From the UHGV virus genome UHGV-1374556: DNA of 37,445 nt, one strand, 5' to 3'. The position numbers and the translations under genes are program-made. Each line of letters opens with the position of its first letter. Positions within the stretch are counted from its first letter, which is position 1. Below are positions 25,351-34,996 of this stretch, piece by piece. The DNA comes from a virus. The notes beneath the pieces were generated by a model, which saw nothing but the letters and a program-made list of their open reading frames with translations, had not been told where the DNA came from and searched no databases.

Positions 25351-28300
25351 GTGGCAGACCGTATCAAAGGAATCACAATAGAAATCGGTGGGGATACCAC
25401 CGGTCTAAACAAGGCATTAAACGGCGTCAATAAAGAAATCAGCAGCACACAAGGCCAGCTTAAGGATGTGGAGAGGCTGCTGAAACTGGATCCGACCAAC
25501 ACAGAGCTGCTGAGGCAGAAACAGAAGCTCCTGGCGGATGCCGTACAGGGAACCAAGGGCAAACTGGATACGCTGAAAGAGGCAAATAAGCAGGTGACGG
25601 AATCGGCCTCGAATTACGATGCCTGGAAAGAAAAGTATGACCCAATCAAGAAACAGATAGATGAGACCAAAAAGAAACTGGGAGACCTAAAAGAACAGTC
25701 CAGAAACGCCGATGAGCAGTTGGCAAATGGGGAGATATCGCAAGAGAAGTATGACGCCCTGCAGGAGGAAATCAAGAAAACCTCCAGCGAATTAAAAACG
25801 CTCCAGAAATCAGCTAAGGAGGTATCGGATGAATTCGGGAACCCGGTAGCGCCGGAGCAGTACGATGCCCTGCAGAGGGAGATTGCTGAAACGGAGCAGC
25901 AGCTTAAGTCCCTGGAGGACCAGGCCGGGAAGGCCAATACAACGTTGCAGCAGATTAGTGTGGCCGGCGACAAGTTCCAGAAAGTCGGACAGGAGATTGA
26001 AGGTGTCGGAAAGAAATTTCTTCCAGTCACGGCTGCCGTGGCCGGCGTGGGGGCTGCCGCGGTAAAGACAACGGCAGACTTTGACGAGTCCATGTCTAAT
26101 GTGTCAGCCATCAGTGGGGCCACGGGTGAGGAGTTTGACCAGTTAAGGGATAAGGCCAGGGAGATGGGCACAGAGACGAAATTTAGCGCATCTGAGGCCG
26201 CAGACGCCATGAGTTACATGGCAATGGCAGGCTGGAAAACAGATGACATGCTGAACGGTATCAGCGGAATTATGAACCTGGCAGCTGCGTCCGGTGCAGA
26301 CTTGGCGACCACATCCGATATCGTAACGGACGCCCTGACTGGTATGGGATACACGGCAGCGGATGCCGGGCGCCTGGCCGATGTTATGGCGGCTGCTTCC
26401 AGCAATGCCAATACCAATGTGGAGATGATGGGCGAGACATTCAAGTATGTGGCACCTGTTTGTGGCTCTTTGGGGTATTCTATGGAGGATACGGCTCTCG
26501 CAGTGGGATTGATGGCCAATAGTGGCATCAAGGCCAGCCAGGCAGGTACCCAGTTGAGAGCAGCCATCACCAATATGGTAAAACCCACGGAATCCATGGA
26601 AGGCGTCATGAATGAACTGGGGATTGAGATTGCCAATGAAGACGGTTCAATGAAGTCTCTGGATGAGACATTAAAAATCTTGCGGGAATCCTTTGCTGTC
26701 ACCACAGAGGAACAGAAGGCCCAGCGCCTGGCCACCCTGGAACAGCAGGCCGTTGCGGATGGGTACGGGGACACGCTTAAGGGATTATCGGAGGAAGAAA
26801 AGTATTTTCAGCTTGCCATGTATGCCGGCCAGGAGCAGATAAAAGATATGTCTGAGGCACAGTTTAAGAAACAGGCAATGGATAAACTGGGAATCAAGGT
26901 GACCAAAAAGACCAATAAAGCACAGGTGGCCCAGAATCTTGCTTTAGCACTGGGGACTCAGGCTATTGAGGGGCTTACCCAGGAGCAACAGTCCGCATAT
27001 GCGGCAACTCTTTTCGGAAAGGAAGCCATGTCTGGCATGCTGGCGATTATCAACGCCAGCGAAGAGGACTATAACAAGTTGTCTGATGCTATTGCCAATT
27101 CAGAGGGCGCGGCAAAGGAAATGGCAGAGACAATGCAGGACAACCTCAACGGACAGCTGACCATCCTTAAAAGCCAGCTGCAGGAGGCTGCAATTGCGAT
27201 TGGTGACGCGCTGATACCTAAAATACGGGCGCTTGTGGCAAAGATACAGCAGTGGACGGACTGGTTTAATAAACTGGAGGATTCACAGAAGCAGGCTGTC
27301 ATTACGGTTGGGCTGATTGTGGCTGCAATTGGGCCTTTATTGATTGCTATTGGGAAGGCATCAACAGGTATCGGTGCGATAATGAGTGCAGTGACTGCGC
27401 TTGGTCCTATGCTGGCTGGATTATCAGCGGCAGGTGGCCCCATAATGTTGACCGCGGCTGCCCTGGGAGCAATTGCTTATGCAGCATATGACGCGAAAGA
27501 GAGAACCAAAGAATATTATGATAGAGCCGTAGAGCTTACTGACCAGGAACAGCACCATAGGGAGATGATAGATGAATTATACAGCTCATATAAGCTCATG
27601 AACCAAAGTCGTGTGGATGCTGTTAATAGTGTAGAAGCGGAAGCAACAAAGGAACGGGAGTTGTTTAGTGAGCTGCAGAAAGTTGCGGATGAAAATGGAA
27701 ATGTAAAAGCGGGTTACGAAGAGCGGGCAAAGTATATTCTGGGAGAATTATCAACGGCTCTAGGACAGGAATATGAGTTGACTGGAAATCAGATACAGAA
27801 CTACAAAGATATGTGTGACAGTATCGACGACTTAATTCTCAAAAAACAGGCAAATGCGTTAATGGATGCCAATGCTGAAGCTTACGCCGAAGCGCTCAAA
27901 AATAGGACAGATGCATTCATGAAATACAATGATGCACAAAAGGACGTAGAAGAAACAACAAAAAAATTAGAAGAATCGCAACGTCGGGAAGCACTGCTCC
28001 AAGAAGACCTTAATGCTTTGCGAGAAAGTGGAATTGTACATATGCTTGGGCTTTCCAACGAATCGGCGTATCTCGCTGAAAAAGTAAAGGAAGCATCGGA
28101 AACCACTAAAGGATATGAGGATAAGTTGGCTGAATTAGACCAGACGCTTCTGGATGCAGAGACAGCTTATGTCGGATATAAAACAGTTATAAGCAATCAA
28201 GATATGCTGATTGCGGCAAAGGATAATCAAGAACTATTGGCTGATGCTGTATTAATGGCAAGTAATAGTTTTCAGACGGCGGAATCATCAACAAAGGCCT

Positions 28301-29934
28301 CTTTAGAGCGGCAGTTGCAAGACTTTACCGACAAATACCAGGCTATGCAGGCAGCTGTAGATGCAGGAGCGCCAGGCGTAGTACAGGCAGATGTTGATCA
28401 AATGAAAGAACTGGTTGACCGAGCCAAGAAAGAACTAGACAGATTGCCCGATGTGATAAGGGAAACAGCAGGAAAGAACGCTCTTGCGGCTGCCGCAGAA
28501 AGTAATGACGGATATCGGTCAGCAGGAGGGGATTACGCAAAAAAACTGGCAGAAGGAATTGATGACGAGAAAGATGGCGTCGTTGATGCAATGACAGATG
28601 TAGCCAATGAAACTGAATTTGCTGCAGAAGATGGGCTGCCACAGGAAGCATTCTCAAATATTGGAAAGCAAATAACGGCAGGACTAACAGGCGGAATCAC
28701 TTCGGGAAAGAGTGAGGTGGTGAAAAACGTTCAGCGCATGTGCGCTGAAATAATCACGTCTGCAAAAACGCAGTTAGGTGTTCATTCTCCATCCACGGTA
28801 TTCGCGTACATAGGCCAGATGTCCGGTAAAGGATTCATTACCGGATGGGCAGGAACCGTAGCGGAGATGCAGAATACCATCCACTCCTCAGTCAGTAAGG
28901 CCGTGACTGAGGCAACGGCAACATTTTCTGGAATCGAGGACTCATTGCTTTCACTTCGTGATTCATCCGGAAGCACCATTTCCGAAGTAGTAAAAAATGC
29001 AGAAGAAGCGCAGGAAGCCCTGCAGAAGATTCAGGACGGACTTGAAAAAACGATATATGGTCAGATTAATACCTTTGACAAATTTGACGGTAAAACCAAG
29101 ATGTCCACAAATGAACTTTTGGAAAACATGCAGTCTCAGGTTGATGGAACAGAGCAGTGGTCTGATAACTTGAGAGAGCTGGCAGAAAGAGGAATTGACC
29201 AGGGACTATTGCAGAAACTGGCAGAGATGGGGCCGAAAGGTGCTGGATACGTTGCGGTATTCGCTAAAATGACGGAAGAAGAGTTACAAAAGGCGAATGA
29301 TTTATTTGCACAGACAATGACCCTTCCAGAAGCAACTGCGGAAAGCATTATGCAGTCATATCAGGTTGCCGGTGGGTTTAAAGATGGCATAACCGAAGAA
29401 ATCCCACAAGTAATAGAGGAGGTATCGAAAATGTCGCAAGGAATCACCGCAACCATTGAGGCGCTTATCCCTCTGGCCAACACCTGGTCTGGGGATATGA
29501 TGGACGGATCCATCCAGGGAATTAATGCAAAGACATCCGAGGTAGAGGCAGCCTGCCGGAGTGTGGCGGGCACGGTCTCTGACTACCTGCATTTCACCCG
29601 ACCGGAAAAGGGGCCGCTCCGCTATTACGAAGAATGGATGCCTCATATGATGCAGGGCCTGGAAGAAGGTATTAGGGGAAATATGTGGCGCGTAACAGAC
29701 CAGATGGCAGCCCTGGCCGGGAGTATGGACGTCATGACCATGGATATGTCAGGCGGCGGGGAACAGAATGGCAGCGTCACACAGCAGGTCATTTCATTGC
29801 TGGAGACATATCTTCCGGACATTGCCTCCCAAAAGTACGTCATGATGGACGGGAAGGCCCTGGTGGGCAAGACCGCGGGACAAATGGACCGAAAATTGGG
29901 CCAGGTACAGGCCCTTAAGGAGCGGATAGGATGA
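25351..29934 (+). CDS. Tail tape measure protein (1527 aa)
   Basis: GTG start 7 nt after AGGAGG. N-terminus MADRIKGITIEIGGDTTGLNKAL. TMP core MSYMAMAGWKTDDMLNGISGIMNLAAASG. Long coiled-coil regions. Confidence 0.9.
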   Translation: MADRIKGITIEIGGDTTGLNKALNGVNKEISSTQGQLKDVERLLKLDPTNTELLRQKQKLLADAVQGTKGKLDTLKEANKQVTESASNYDAWKEKYDPIKKQIDETKKKLGDLKEQSRNADEQLANGEISQEKYDALQEEIKKTSSELKTLQKSAKEVSDEFGNPVAPEQYDALQREIAETEQQLKSLEDQAGKANTTLQQISVAGDKFQKVGQEIEGVGKKFLPVTAAVAGVGAAAVKTTADFDESMSNVSAISGATGEEFDQLRDKAREMGTETKFSASEAADAMSYMAMAGWKTDDMLNGISGIMNLAAASGADLATTSDIVTDALTGMGYTAADAGRLADVMAAASSNANTNVEMMGETFKYVAPVCGSLGYSMEDTALAVGLMANSGIKASQAGTQLRAAITNMVKPTESMEGVMNELGIEIANEDGSMKSLDETLKILRESFAVTTEEQKAQRLATLEQQAVADGYGDTLKGLSEEEKYFQLAMYAGQEQIKDMSEAQFKKQAMDKLGIKVTKKTNKAQVAQNLALALGTQAIEGLTQEQQSAYAATLFGKEAMSGMLAIINASEEDYNKLSDAIANSEGAAKEMAETMQDNLNGQLTILKSQLQEAAIAIGDALIPKIRALVAKIQQWTDWFNKLEDSQKQAVITVGLIVAAIGPLLIAIGKASTGIGAIMSAVTALGPMLAGLSAAGGPIMLTAAALGAIAYAAYDAKERTKEYYDRAVELTDQEQHHREMIDELYSSYKLMNQSRVDAVNSVEAEATKERELFSELQKVADENGNVKAGYEERAKYILGELSTALGQEYELTGNQIQNYKDMCDSIDDLILKKQANALMDANAEAYAEALKNRTDAFMKYNDAQKDVEETTKKLEESQRREALLQEDLNALRESGIVHMLGLSNESAYLAEKVKEASETTKGYEDKLAELDQTLLDAETAYVGYKTVISNQDMLIAAKDNQELLADAVLMASNSFQTAESSTKASLERQLQDFTDKYQAMQAAVDAGAPGVVQADVDQMKELVDRAKKELDRLPDVIRETAGKNALAAAAESNDGYRSAGGDYAKKLAEGIDDEKDGVVDAMTDVANETEFAAEDGLPQEAFSNIGKQITAGLTGGITSGKSEVVKNVQRMCAEIITSAKTQLGVHSPSTVFAYIGQMSGKGFITGWAGTVAEMQNTIHSSVSKAVTEATATFSGIEDSLLSLRDSSGSTISEVVKNAEEAQEALQKIQDGLEKTIYGQINTFDKFDGKTKMSTNELLENMQSQVDGTEQWSDNLRELAERGIDQGLLQKLAEMGPKGAGYVAVFAKMTEEELQKANDLFAQTMTLPEATAESIMQSYQVAGGFKDGITEEIPQVIEEVSKMSQGITATIEALIPLANTWSGDMMDGSIQGINAKTSEVEAACRSVAGTVSDYLHFTRPEKGPLRYYEEWMPHMMQGLEEGIRGNMWRVTDQMAALAGSMDVMTMDMSGGGEQNGSVTQQVISLLETYLPDIASQKYVMMDGKALVGKTAGQMDRKLGQVQALKERIG

Positions 29935-30635
29935 TACATCAAAGCGTGAGCATAAACGGCATTGACATGCTGTCAACTTATGGGATGGCACTGGCAAACA
30001 GACATTGTGTTCAGCCGCCGGTACCAAAGACAATCTATCAGGATGTTCCGGGGGCCGACGGCTCCCTGGACCTCTCCACAGCGATTGCGGGCCGGATTAT
30101 ATATGAACGGAGGGTAATTACTCTTAATTTTGGATGCGGTTATCCGATGGACAAGTGGCCGGAGGTGTTTTCAGAAATCCTACGAAACTTCCACGGCAGA
30201 GAAGGAAAACTAATATTCGATGATGACCCGATGTACTATTATGCCGGGCGCATGACGGTATCTGAATACTCCAGAGCAAGGACCTTGGGAACATTCACTA
30301 TCAGCGTGAATGCTGACCCTTATAAGTATGAGCTTACGGCGTCAGACGAGGACTGGTTATGGGATTCATTCTCCTTCGAGAAAGGAGTAATTCGTGATTA
30401 TAAGGAACTGGAGGTGATTGGCAGCCTTTCCCTTAACGTCCCAGGCACGCAGAGATGGGTTATTCCTGAAATTACGGTGTCAGCTGCTATGACGGTGAGC
30501 TATGGCGGCAAGGACTATGAACTGAAACAAGGAACGAATAAGATATATGACATTGTTATAAAGGAAGGGGAGAACGTGCTCATGTTCACCGGGACCGGGA
30601 CGGTTACCATATCGTACAGGGGAGGAATATTGTAA
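29931..30635 (+). CDS. Distal tail protein (Dit)
   Basis: 234 aa directly after the tape measure with ATGA overlap. Siphovirus tail-component pattern. Confidence 0.8.
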   Translation: MIHQSVSINGIDMLSTYGMALANRHCVQPPVPKTIYQDVPGADGSLDLSTAIAGRIIYERRVITLNFGCGYPMDKWPEVFSEILRNFHGREGKLIFDDDPMYYYAGRMTVSEYSRARTLGTFTISVNADPYKYELTASDEDWLWDSFSFEKGVIRDYKELEVIGSLSLNVPGTQRWVIPEITVSAAMTVSYGGKDYELKQGTNKIYDIVIKEGENVLMFTGTGTVTISYRGGIL

Positions 30636-32825
30636 ATGTATCGGGTATATGTAAAAAACATGAATGGAGAATACCCCATATACGAGCCGCTTGATGATAC
30701 GCTTCGGATATTTGAGCCAGTGCTTACCCAGGAGATGGGAAGCGCCGGCTCTTTCACATTCCGGGTGCACAAAGAACATCCATACTATAAGCAATTGAAA
30801 GTCCTGACGTCTGAGGTGATTGTTTATGATGATGGCGCATGTGTATTCTGTGGCCGGATGTGGAGACCGGAACAAGACTTTGATAATATGGTCGCGGTTA
30901 CCTGTGAGGGAGAGCTGACGTATCTTCTGGACAGTCGGCAACGCCCCTTTACGTACACTGGAGGGATAGACGGATACATAGGACAGCTTCTTGACGTACA
31001 TAACAGCCAGGTGGACGCCAGCCGGCAGATTAAAAAAGGTAACATAGTGGTGAGTGGGGATGGTGGATACAAAGAGTGGACCGTCCAGGGCTTTCCAGAA
31101 ACGCTCACACTATTGAGGCAGTTGCCGGAATCGTTTGGGGGCTATCTCCGTGTCAGGCATGAGGCCGGAGTGCGTTATTTGGACTATCTGTGGGATTATG
31201 GAGGGATTAACACTCAGGTAATCCGATTTGGGGAGAACCTGCTGGATTTGACACACTATGTTGATGCCACGCAGATTATAACATGTCTGATTCCCCAGGG
31301 GGCAGATGTGGAATACAAGGATGAGTCAGGGGAGACACAGTCCAGGGCAGTGGATATAACATCCGTTAATGGAGGTGTAGACTACATCGAGAACGCGGAA
31401 GCCGTGGAGCTGTACGGGAGAATATGGGGATATCAGAAATGGGACGATGTGACGGAACCTGGTATATTGCTTGCTAAGTCCAGGGAATACCTCAAAGAGG
31501 CTTCAACCCTTCCTGCCTCAATGGAAGTATCTGCTGTGGACCTGGCAGCCATAGACAGCACCGTACAACAATTTCAATTAGGATTCTGGACGGATGTATC
31601 CAGTGACCCTCATGGAATCAATCAGAAGTTCCTGCTTACACGGCGGGAAATCAATCTGCTTGACCCTGGACAGGGTAGTATCACACTGGGGCGGCAGACG
31701 GAGACTCTGACCGGAACCACGGTCAAGAACCAGACAGCTGTATCTGAGCGCATTGAGAAGGTGGCAGAAGATACGGCCCAGGAGATTAACCGCAGGGTGG
31801 AGAATGCCACACAGCTCATTATGGGAGGTAAGGGAGGCTATGTCGTCATTGACAACATAGAACCTGATACCGGGAATACGACCACACCGTGGCGTATCCT
31901 CATCATGAACACGCCGGATAAGGAGACCGCTACGAATGTAATCCAGTTCAATCAGAATGGCATCGGATTTTCGACAACCGGCATCAATGGACCGTATAAG
32001 AATGCATGGACCATAGACGGGAACCTGGTGGCTGATTTTATCACTGCCGGTCAGATGCTGGCGGACCGAATCCGTGGAGGGACGTTGGAGCTTGGAGGTA
32101 CCGGACCTGGTAAGGATGGTGTCCTGATAATCCGAAATGTTGACGGAAAGGAACTGGCGCGTTTCGATAAGAATGGTATAACAATCAATGAGGGTAACAT
32201 CAACATGACATCAGGCAGTATCACACTGCCAGGATTCAAGCTGACATCCGGTGGCGTCCTTACTCTTGACGGTACAAGTAATAATACAACGGTGGGAGCC
32301 AACCTGATTAATGTCAATACGCTCCGGGTTGCGGACCAAATAATGGCCAGCGGAGCATCGTTTAATATAGGTGGTATGTATAGTACAGGCAGCTATGTCC
32401 ACGGCAGTTTCATGGGTGATTTCCACGGGTCATTCTACGAAACATCCGACCGGCGAAAGAAGAAAAGAATACGACCTTTAAAGGATGGTCAGGCTCAGGC
32501 ACTGGTACTTGGGCTGAGTCCCAAAGTATATGTAATGAAAGAGACTGGGGAACCGATGATGGGATTTGTGGCCCAGGACGTGGAGAAGTTGCAGAAGCAG
32601 CTGGGGATTGACTTGCCGTTGACATCCATAGATAAGGATGGGTATTACTGTATCCCCTATATGAATTACATTGCTCTTCTGACCGGTGCAATACAGGCCC
32701 AGCAGAAGCAGATAGACCGTTTAACAAGGAAAAAAGAAAGAGGTGATAAACGATGGCTGACATCAGTAAAGAGATTAATGACTTCAGGGCTGCGGTGTAT
32801 GGGCGGGATGTTCGGGAAAGTATGA
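30636..32825 (+). CDS. Tail-associated lysin / tail tip protein (Tal) with C-terminal intramolecular chaperone domain
   Basis: 729 aa. Prophage-tail N-domain. C-terminal SDRRKKKRIRPL...GFVAQDVEKL...IDKDGYYCIPYMNYIALLTGAIQAQQKQIDRL matches the peptidase S74 chaperone-domain pattern. Confidence 0.8.
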   Translation: MYRVYVKNMNGEYPIYEPLDDTLRIFEPVLTQEMGSAGSFTFRVHKEHPYYKQLKVLTSEVIVYDDGACVFCGRMWRPEQDFDNMVAVTCEGELTYLLDSRQRPFTYTGGIDGYIGQLLDVHNSQVDASRQIKKGNIVVSGDGGYKEWTVQGFPETLTLLRQLPESFGGYLRVRHEAGVRYLDYLWDYGGINTQVIRFGENLLDLTHYVDATQIITCLIPQGADVEYKDESGETQSRAVDITSVNGGVDYIENAEAVELYGRIWGYQKWDDVTEPGILLAKSREYLKEASTLPASMEVSAVDLAAIDSTVQQFQLGFWTDVSSDPHGINQKFLLTRREINLLDPGQGSITLGRQTETLTGTTVKNQTAVSERIEKVAEDTAQEINRRVENATQLIMGGKGGYVVIDNIEPDTGNTTTPWRILIMNTPDKETATNVIQFNQNGIGFSTTGINGPYKNAWTIDGNLVADFITAGQMLADRIRGGTLELGGTGPGKDGVLIIRNVDGKELARFDKNGITINEGNINMTSGSITLPGFKLTSGGVLTLDGTSNNTTVGANLINVNTLRVADQIMASGASFNIGGMYSTGSYVHGSFMGDFHGSFYETSDRRKKKRIRPLKDGQAQALVLGLSPKVYVMKETGEPMMGFVAQDVEKLQKQLGIDLPLTSIDKDGYYCIPYMNYIALLTGAIQAQQKQIDRLTRKKERGDKRWLTSVKRLMTSGLRCMGGMFGKV

Positions 32826-33604
32826 TATCCTTGGCCGAGAAGGTCAACGAAGAAGTTGAGACTAATACAACCTATGTGGATGAGGCAGTGACTACTGCCA
32901 ACGGAGCGAGCCAGAGAGCCACTAAGGCATCGGAGGATGTGCAGAAAGCTATCACAGAGGCCAATACGACTCTGCAGGCGGCCAATGCCGCAAAGGTATC
33001 TGCCCAAGCATCTGCCACGGCCTCAGCGGGTTCCGCATCCGCGGCGGCAGGTTCTGCTTCTAAGGCCTCCGGGAGCGCGGCAGATGCAGCGGCAAGTGCG
33101 AAAGCGGCGGAGGATATTGCTGCGGGAATGGGTGGATTTGATGGTACGGCAACATCCGTCAAGGCAACTGATACACAGGGGATTGTCGTGGCTGCCGGAG
33201 CGGACAGTAATGCCCAGGCCATGCTGGATGCGCTGGCCCGTAAGGTTGCCCTGGAGCTGGTAAGCAATACAGCCCTTACCACGAAATTGGCGGATTATCT
33301 TAAAAAGACTGATATCGTGCAGACAGAGTCCACAGCTACAAATAAGGTCCCATCCAGCGCATACCTAAAATCAGTTAAGGATGATATAAATAGCAATTTA
33401 GTTAGTAAATTAGGTACTGGGTCATTTACGTTCACCCGGTGTCAGAAAATGATAATCTTTGTAAACGAAAACCTCCAAGGGATAACACTGGAATTTATTT
33501 TTAACGAAGAATGGTCACGTTTACTTACATTCTCTAACGATGGAATAACATATGCATCCAGAGACAGAAAAACCGGAACAGATTCCGTAATATGGACAAA
33601 GTGA
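32753..33604 (+). CDS. Tail fibre / receptor-binding protein with Ala/Ser-rich low-complexity linker
   Basis: GAAAGAGGTGA RBS. Conserved fibre-type N-terminus MADISKEINDFRAAVYGRDVRESM. ASAGSASAAAGSASKASGSAADAAASAKAA linker. Overlaps the Tal 3' end by 73 nt. Confidence 0.65.
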   Translation: MADISKEINDFRAAVYGRDVRESMISLAEKVNEEVETNTTYVDEAVTTANGASQRATKASEDVQKAITEANTTLQAANAAKVSAQASATASAGSASAAAGSASKASGSAADAAASAKAAEDIAAGMGGFDGTATSVKATDTQGIVVAAGADSNAQAMLDALARKVALELVSNTALTTKLADYLKKTDIVQTESTATNKVPSSAYLKSVKDDINSNLVSKLGTGSFTFTRCQKMIIFVNENLQGITLEFIFNEEWSRLLTFSNDGITYASRDRKTGTDSVIWTK

Positions 33605-33607
33605 TTA

Positions 33608-33862
33608 TTATGATGGCTTATTAAACTTCCAAACCTGTTTCCATCTTTGACCGTCATAAAAATCATACCAGATACCGGTGTTGTTAAATGCGATTGACGC
33701 AATCTCACCGTTTTCATAGTAGAGCTGGAATGCCCGGTCGGTTCGGTCGGAATACACGGCTGTAAAACCATTAATATTCTTGACGCCGTTTAAAGTCACC
33801 TTTGCATTGGTTTTTGCTAAATTGCTATTTTGTGATAAGAAAAAATGAATCGTAACCTGCAA
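33608..33862 (-). CDS. Convergent antisense ORF (84 codons) of unknown function filling the post-fibre gap
   Basis: Only long open frame in a 320-bp stretch where all three plus-strand frames are closed. TTG start with AGGGA 6 nt upstream. Folded-domain-like sequence IWYDFYDGQRWKQVWKF. Confidence 0.45.
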   Translation of the reverse strand: MQVTIHFFLSQNSNLAKTNAKVTLNGVKNINGFTAVYSDRTDRAFQLYYENGEIASIAFNNTGIWYDFYDGQRWKQVWKFNKPS

Positions 33863-33928
33863 ATCAGGTCCCTAAACCAGGGGCTTATTTTATTGCCCGG
33901 CAGGCCGCTGGGCGGAAAGGAAAAATAA

Positions 33929-34339
33929 ATGAATGAAAAGATTGTATTGAAAAACGGGAAGGAGTACCCGCTGGTCATCGGCGGCACGTCCTCCACACCC
34001 CACACTCTGCAGCTTATCTTCCAGGCGGAGGAACCCTTGGAGGACATCGTGACCGTGTTTGCGGATGCTGCAGCCACGGAGCAGATTAAGACTGTCAATG
34101 ATGATGGCAGCACATTGCTGATGTACGATGGTTATACAGTACTGAATGACCCAAAGAGTATTGATGACAACTATCTTATTACCCCGGAGCAGTACGGAGA
34201 GGACGGAGCCGTCACTGCGGAGGCTGTATATGGCCGTGTGGCGCTCCTAACGCTCTCCCAGCCGGGTGTAGGGGTGCAGGTGGATAAACTTAGGGCCGAT
34301 GTCGATTACGTGGCTATTATGGCCGGTATTGATTTATAG
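33929..34339 (+). CDS. Hypothetical protein (XkdW-like position)
   Basis: 136 aa between the fibre gene and XkdX. Confidence 0.55.
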   Translation: MNEKIVLKNGKEYPLVIGGTSSTPHTLQLIFQAEEPLEDIVTVFADAAATEQIKTVNDDGSTLLMYDGYTVLNDPKSIDDNYLITPEQYGEDGAVTAEAVYGRVALLTLSQPGVGVQVDKLRADVDYVAIMAGIDL

Positions 34340-34353
34340 GAGGAGATGAGACC

Positions 34354-34488
34354 ATGGATGTGAAAGCATTAGCGATAAAGTATTACCCAAAGCTGTGGGA
34401 CATTGACCGGCTTAAGGCCCTGGTGGCCGCGGGTAAACTGTCCGAGGCGGACTACAAGGAGATTACCGGAGAGGACTACACAAAATAA
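34354..34488 (+). CDS. xkdX: XkdX-family small phage protein
   Basis: 44 aa, MDVKALAIKYYPKLWDIDRLKALVAAGKLSEADYKEITGEDYTK. AGGAGG RBS. Immediately upstream of the holin. Below the track cutoff. Confidence 0.7.
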   Translation: MDVKALAIKYYPKLWDIDRLKALVAAGKLSEADYKEITGEDYTK

Positions 34489-34509
34489 AGAAGGGCGAGG
34501 TATATTAAA

Positions 34510-34953
34510 ATGGATAAGGTGAAAGCAGCGTTTGTTGCAGCATTTAGCATGATTTTTGGATGGTTGGGAATTCTGGCAGTTCCCGTGCTTATACTGGCTG
34601 GATTGAATTTTACAGACTACATAACCGGTATCCTGGCATCAAAACGGCGCAATGAGCTGGTGACCAGTGACAAGGGACTGTGGGGCATCGTCAAGAAGAT
34701 AGGTATGTGGATATTGGTGGGATTAGGATGGGCTATGGATGTGCTGATTAATTATGCCGGCCAGTATGTAGGACTGTCTATTAAACTGCCCTTCGTGGTT
34801 GCTACCATCGTGGCAGTATGGCTTATATGTAATGAGATAATCAGCATCCTGGAAAATCTGCTGGATATCGGCGTGGCCATGCCGCCATTTTTAATGCCGC
34901 TGGCCAGGATGATTAAGGGGCAGGTTGAAGATAAGACAAAAATGGATACCTGA
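34510..34953 (+). CDS. Holin
   Basis: 147 aa with three predicted TM helices and a charged C-terminus, immediately upstream of the endolysin. Confidence 0.8.
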   Translation: MDKVKAAFVAAFSMIFGWLGILAVPVLILAGLNFTDYITGILASKRRNELVTSDKGLWGIVKKIGMWILVGLGWAMDVLINYAGQYVGLSIKLPFVVATIVAVWLICNEIISILENLLDIGVAMPPFLMPLARMIKGQVEDKTKMDT

Positions 34954-34996
34954 GAGGAGGTGGTCCGCATATCTCCCGCCGCGGGGTTAAGCGGGC

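Noticed and set aside
22901-25753. Additional partial matches to the junction palindrome (GCGATATCTGC at 22901, GATATCGCAA at 25744)
   Set aside because: These are half-site or 10-mer matches inside coding sequence. They are consistent with chance at this genome size and lack the full dyad.
25614-27443. Several 120-200-aa minus-strand ORFs inside the tape-measure gene
   Set aside because: Antisense to a strongly supported 1527-aa TMP. Ala/Ser/Pro-rich translations are typical of reverse-frame artefacts.
32872-33282. 136-aa minus-strand Ala-rich ORF
   Set aside because: Mirror image of the GCN-rich Ala/Ser linker of the fibre gene.
32753-33930. Possible diversity-generating retroelement (VR/TR) or Gin/Cin-type invertible host-range segment involving the fibre 3' end and the antisense ORF
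   Set aside because: No reverse-transcriptase gene and no roughly 100-bp VR/TR direct repeat could be found. No inverted repeats flank the segment, and no serine or tyrosine invertase gene is nearby.
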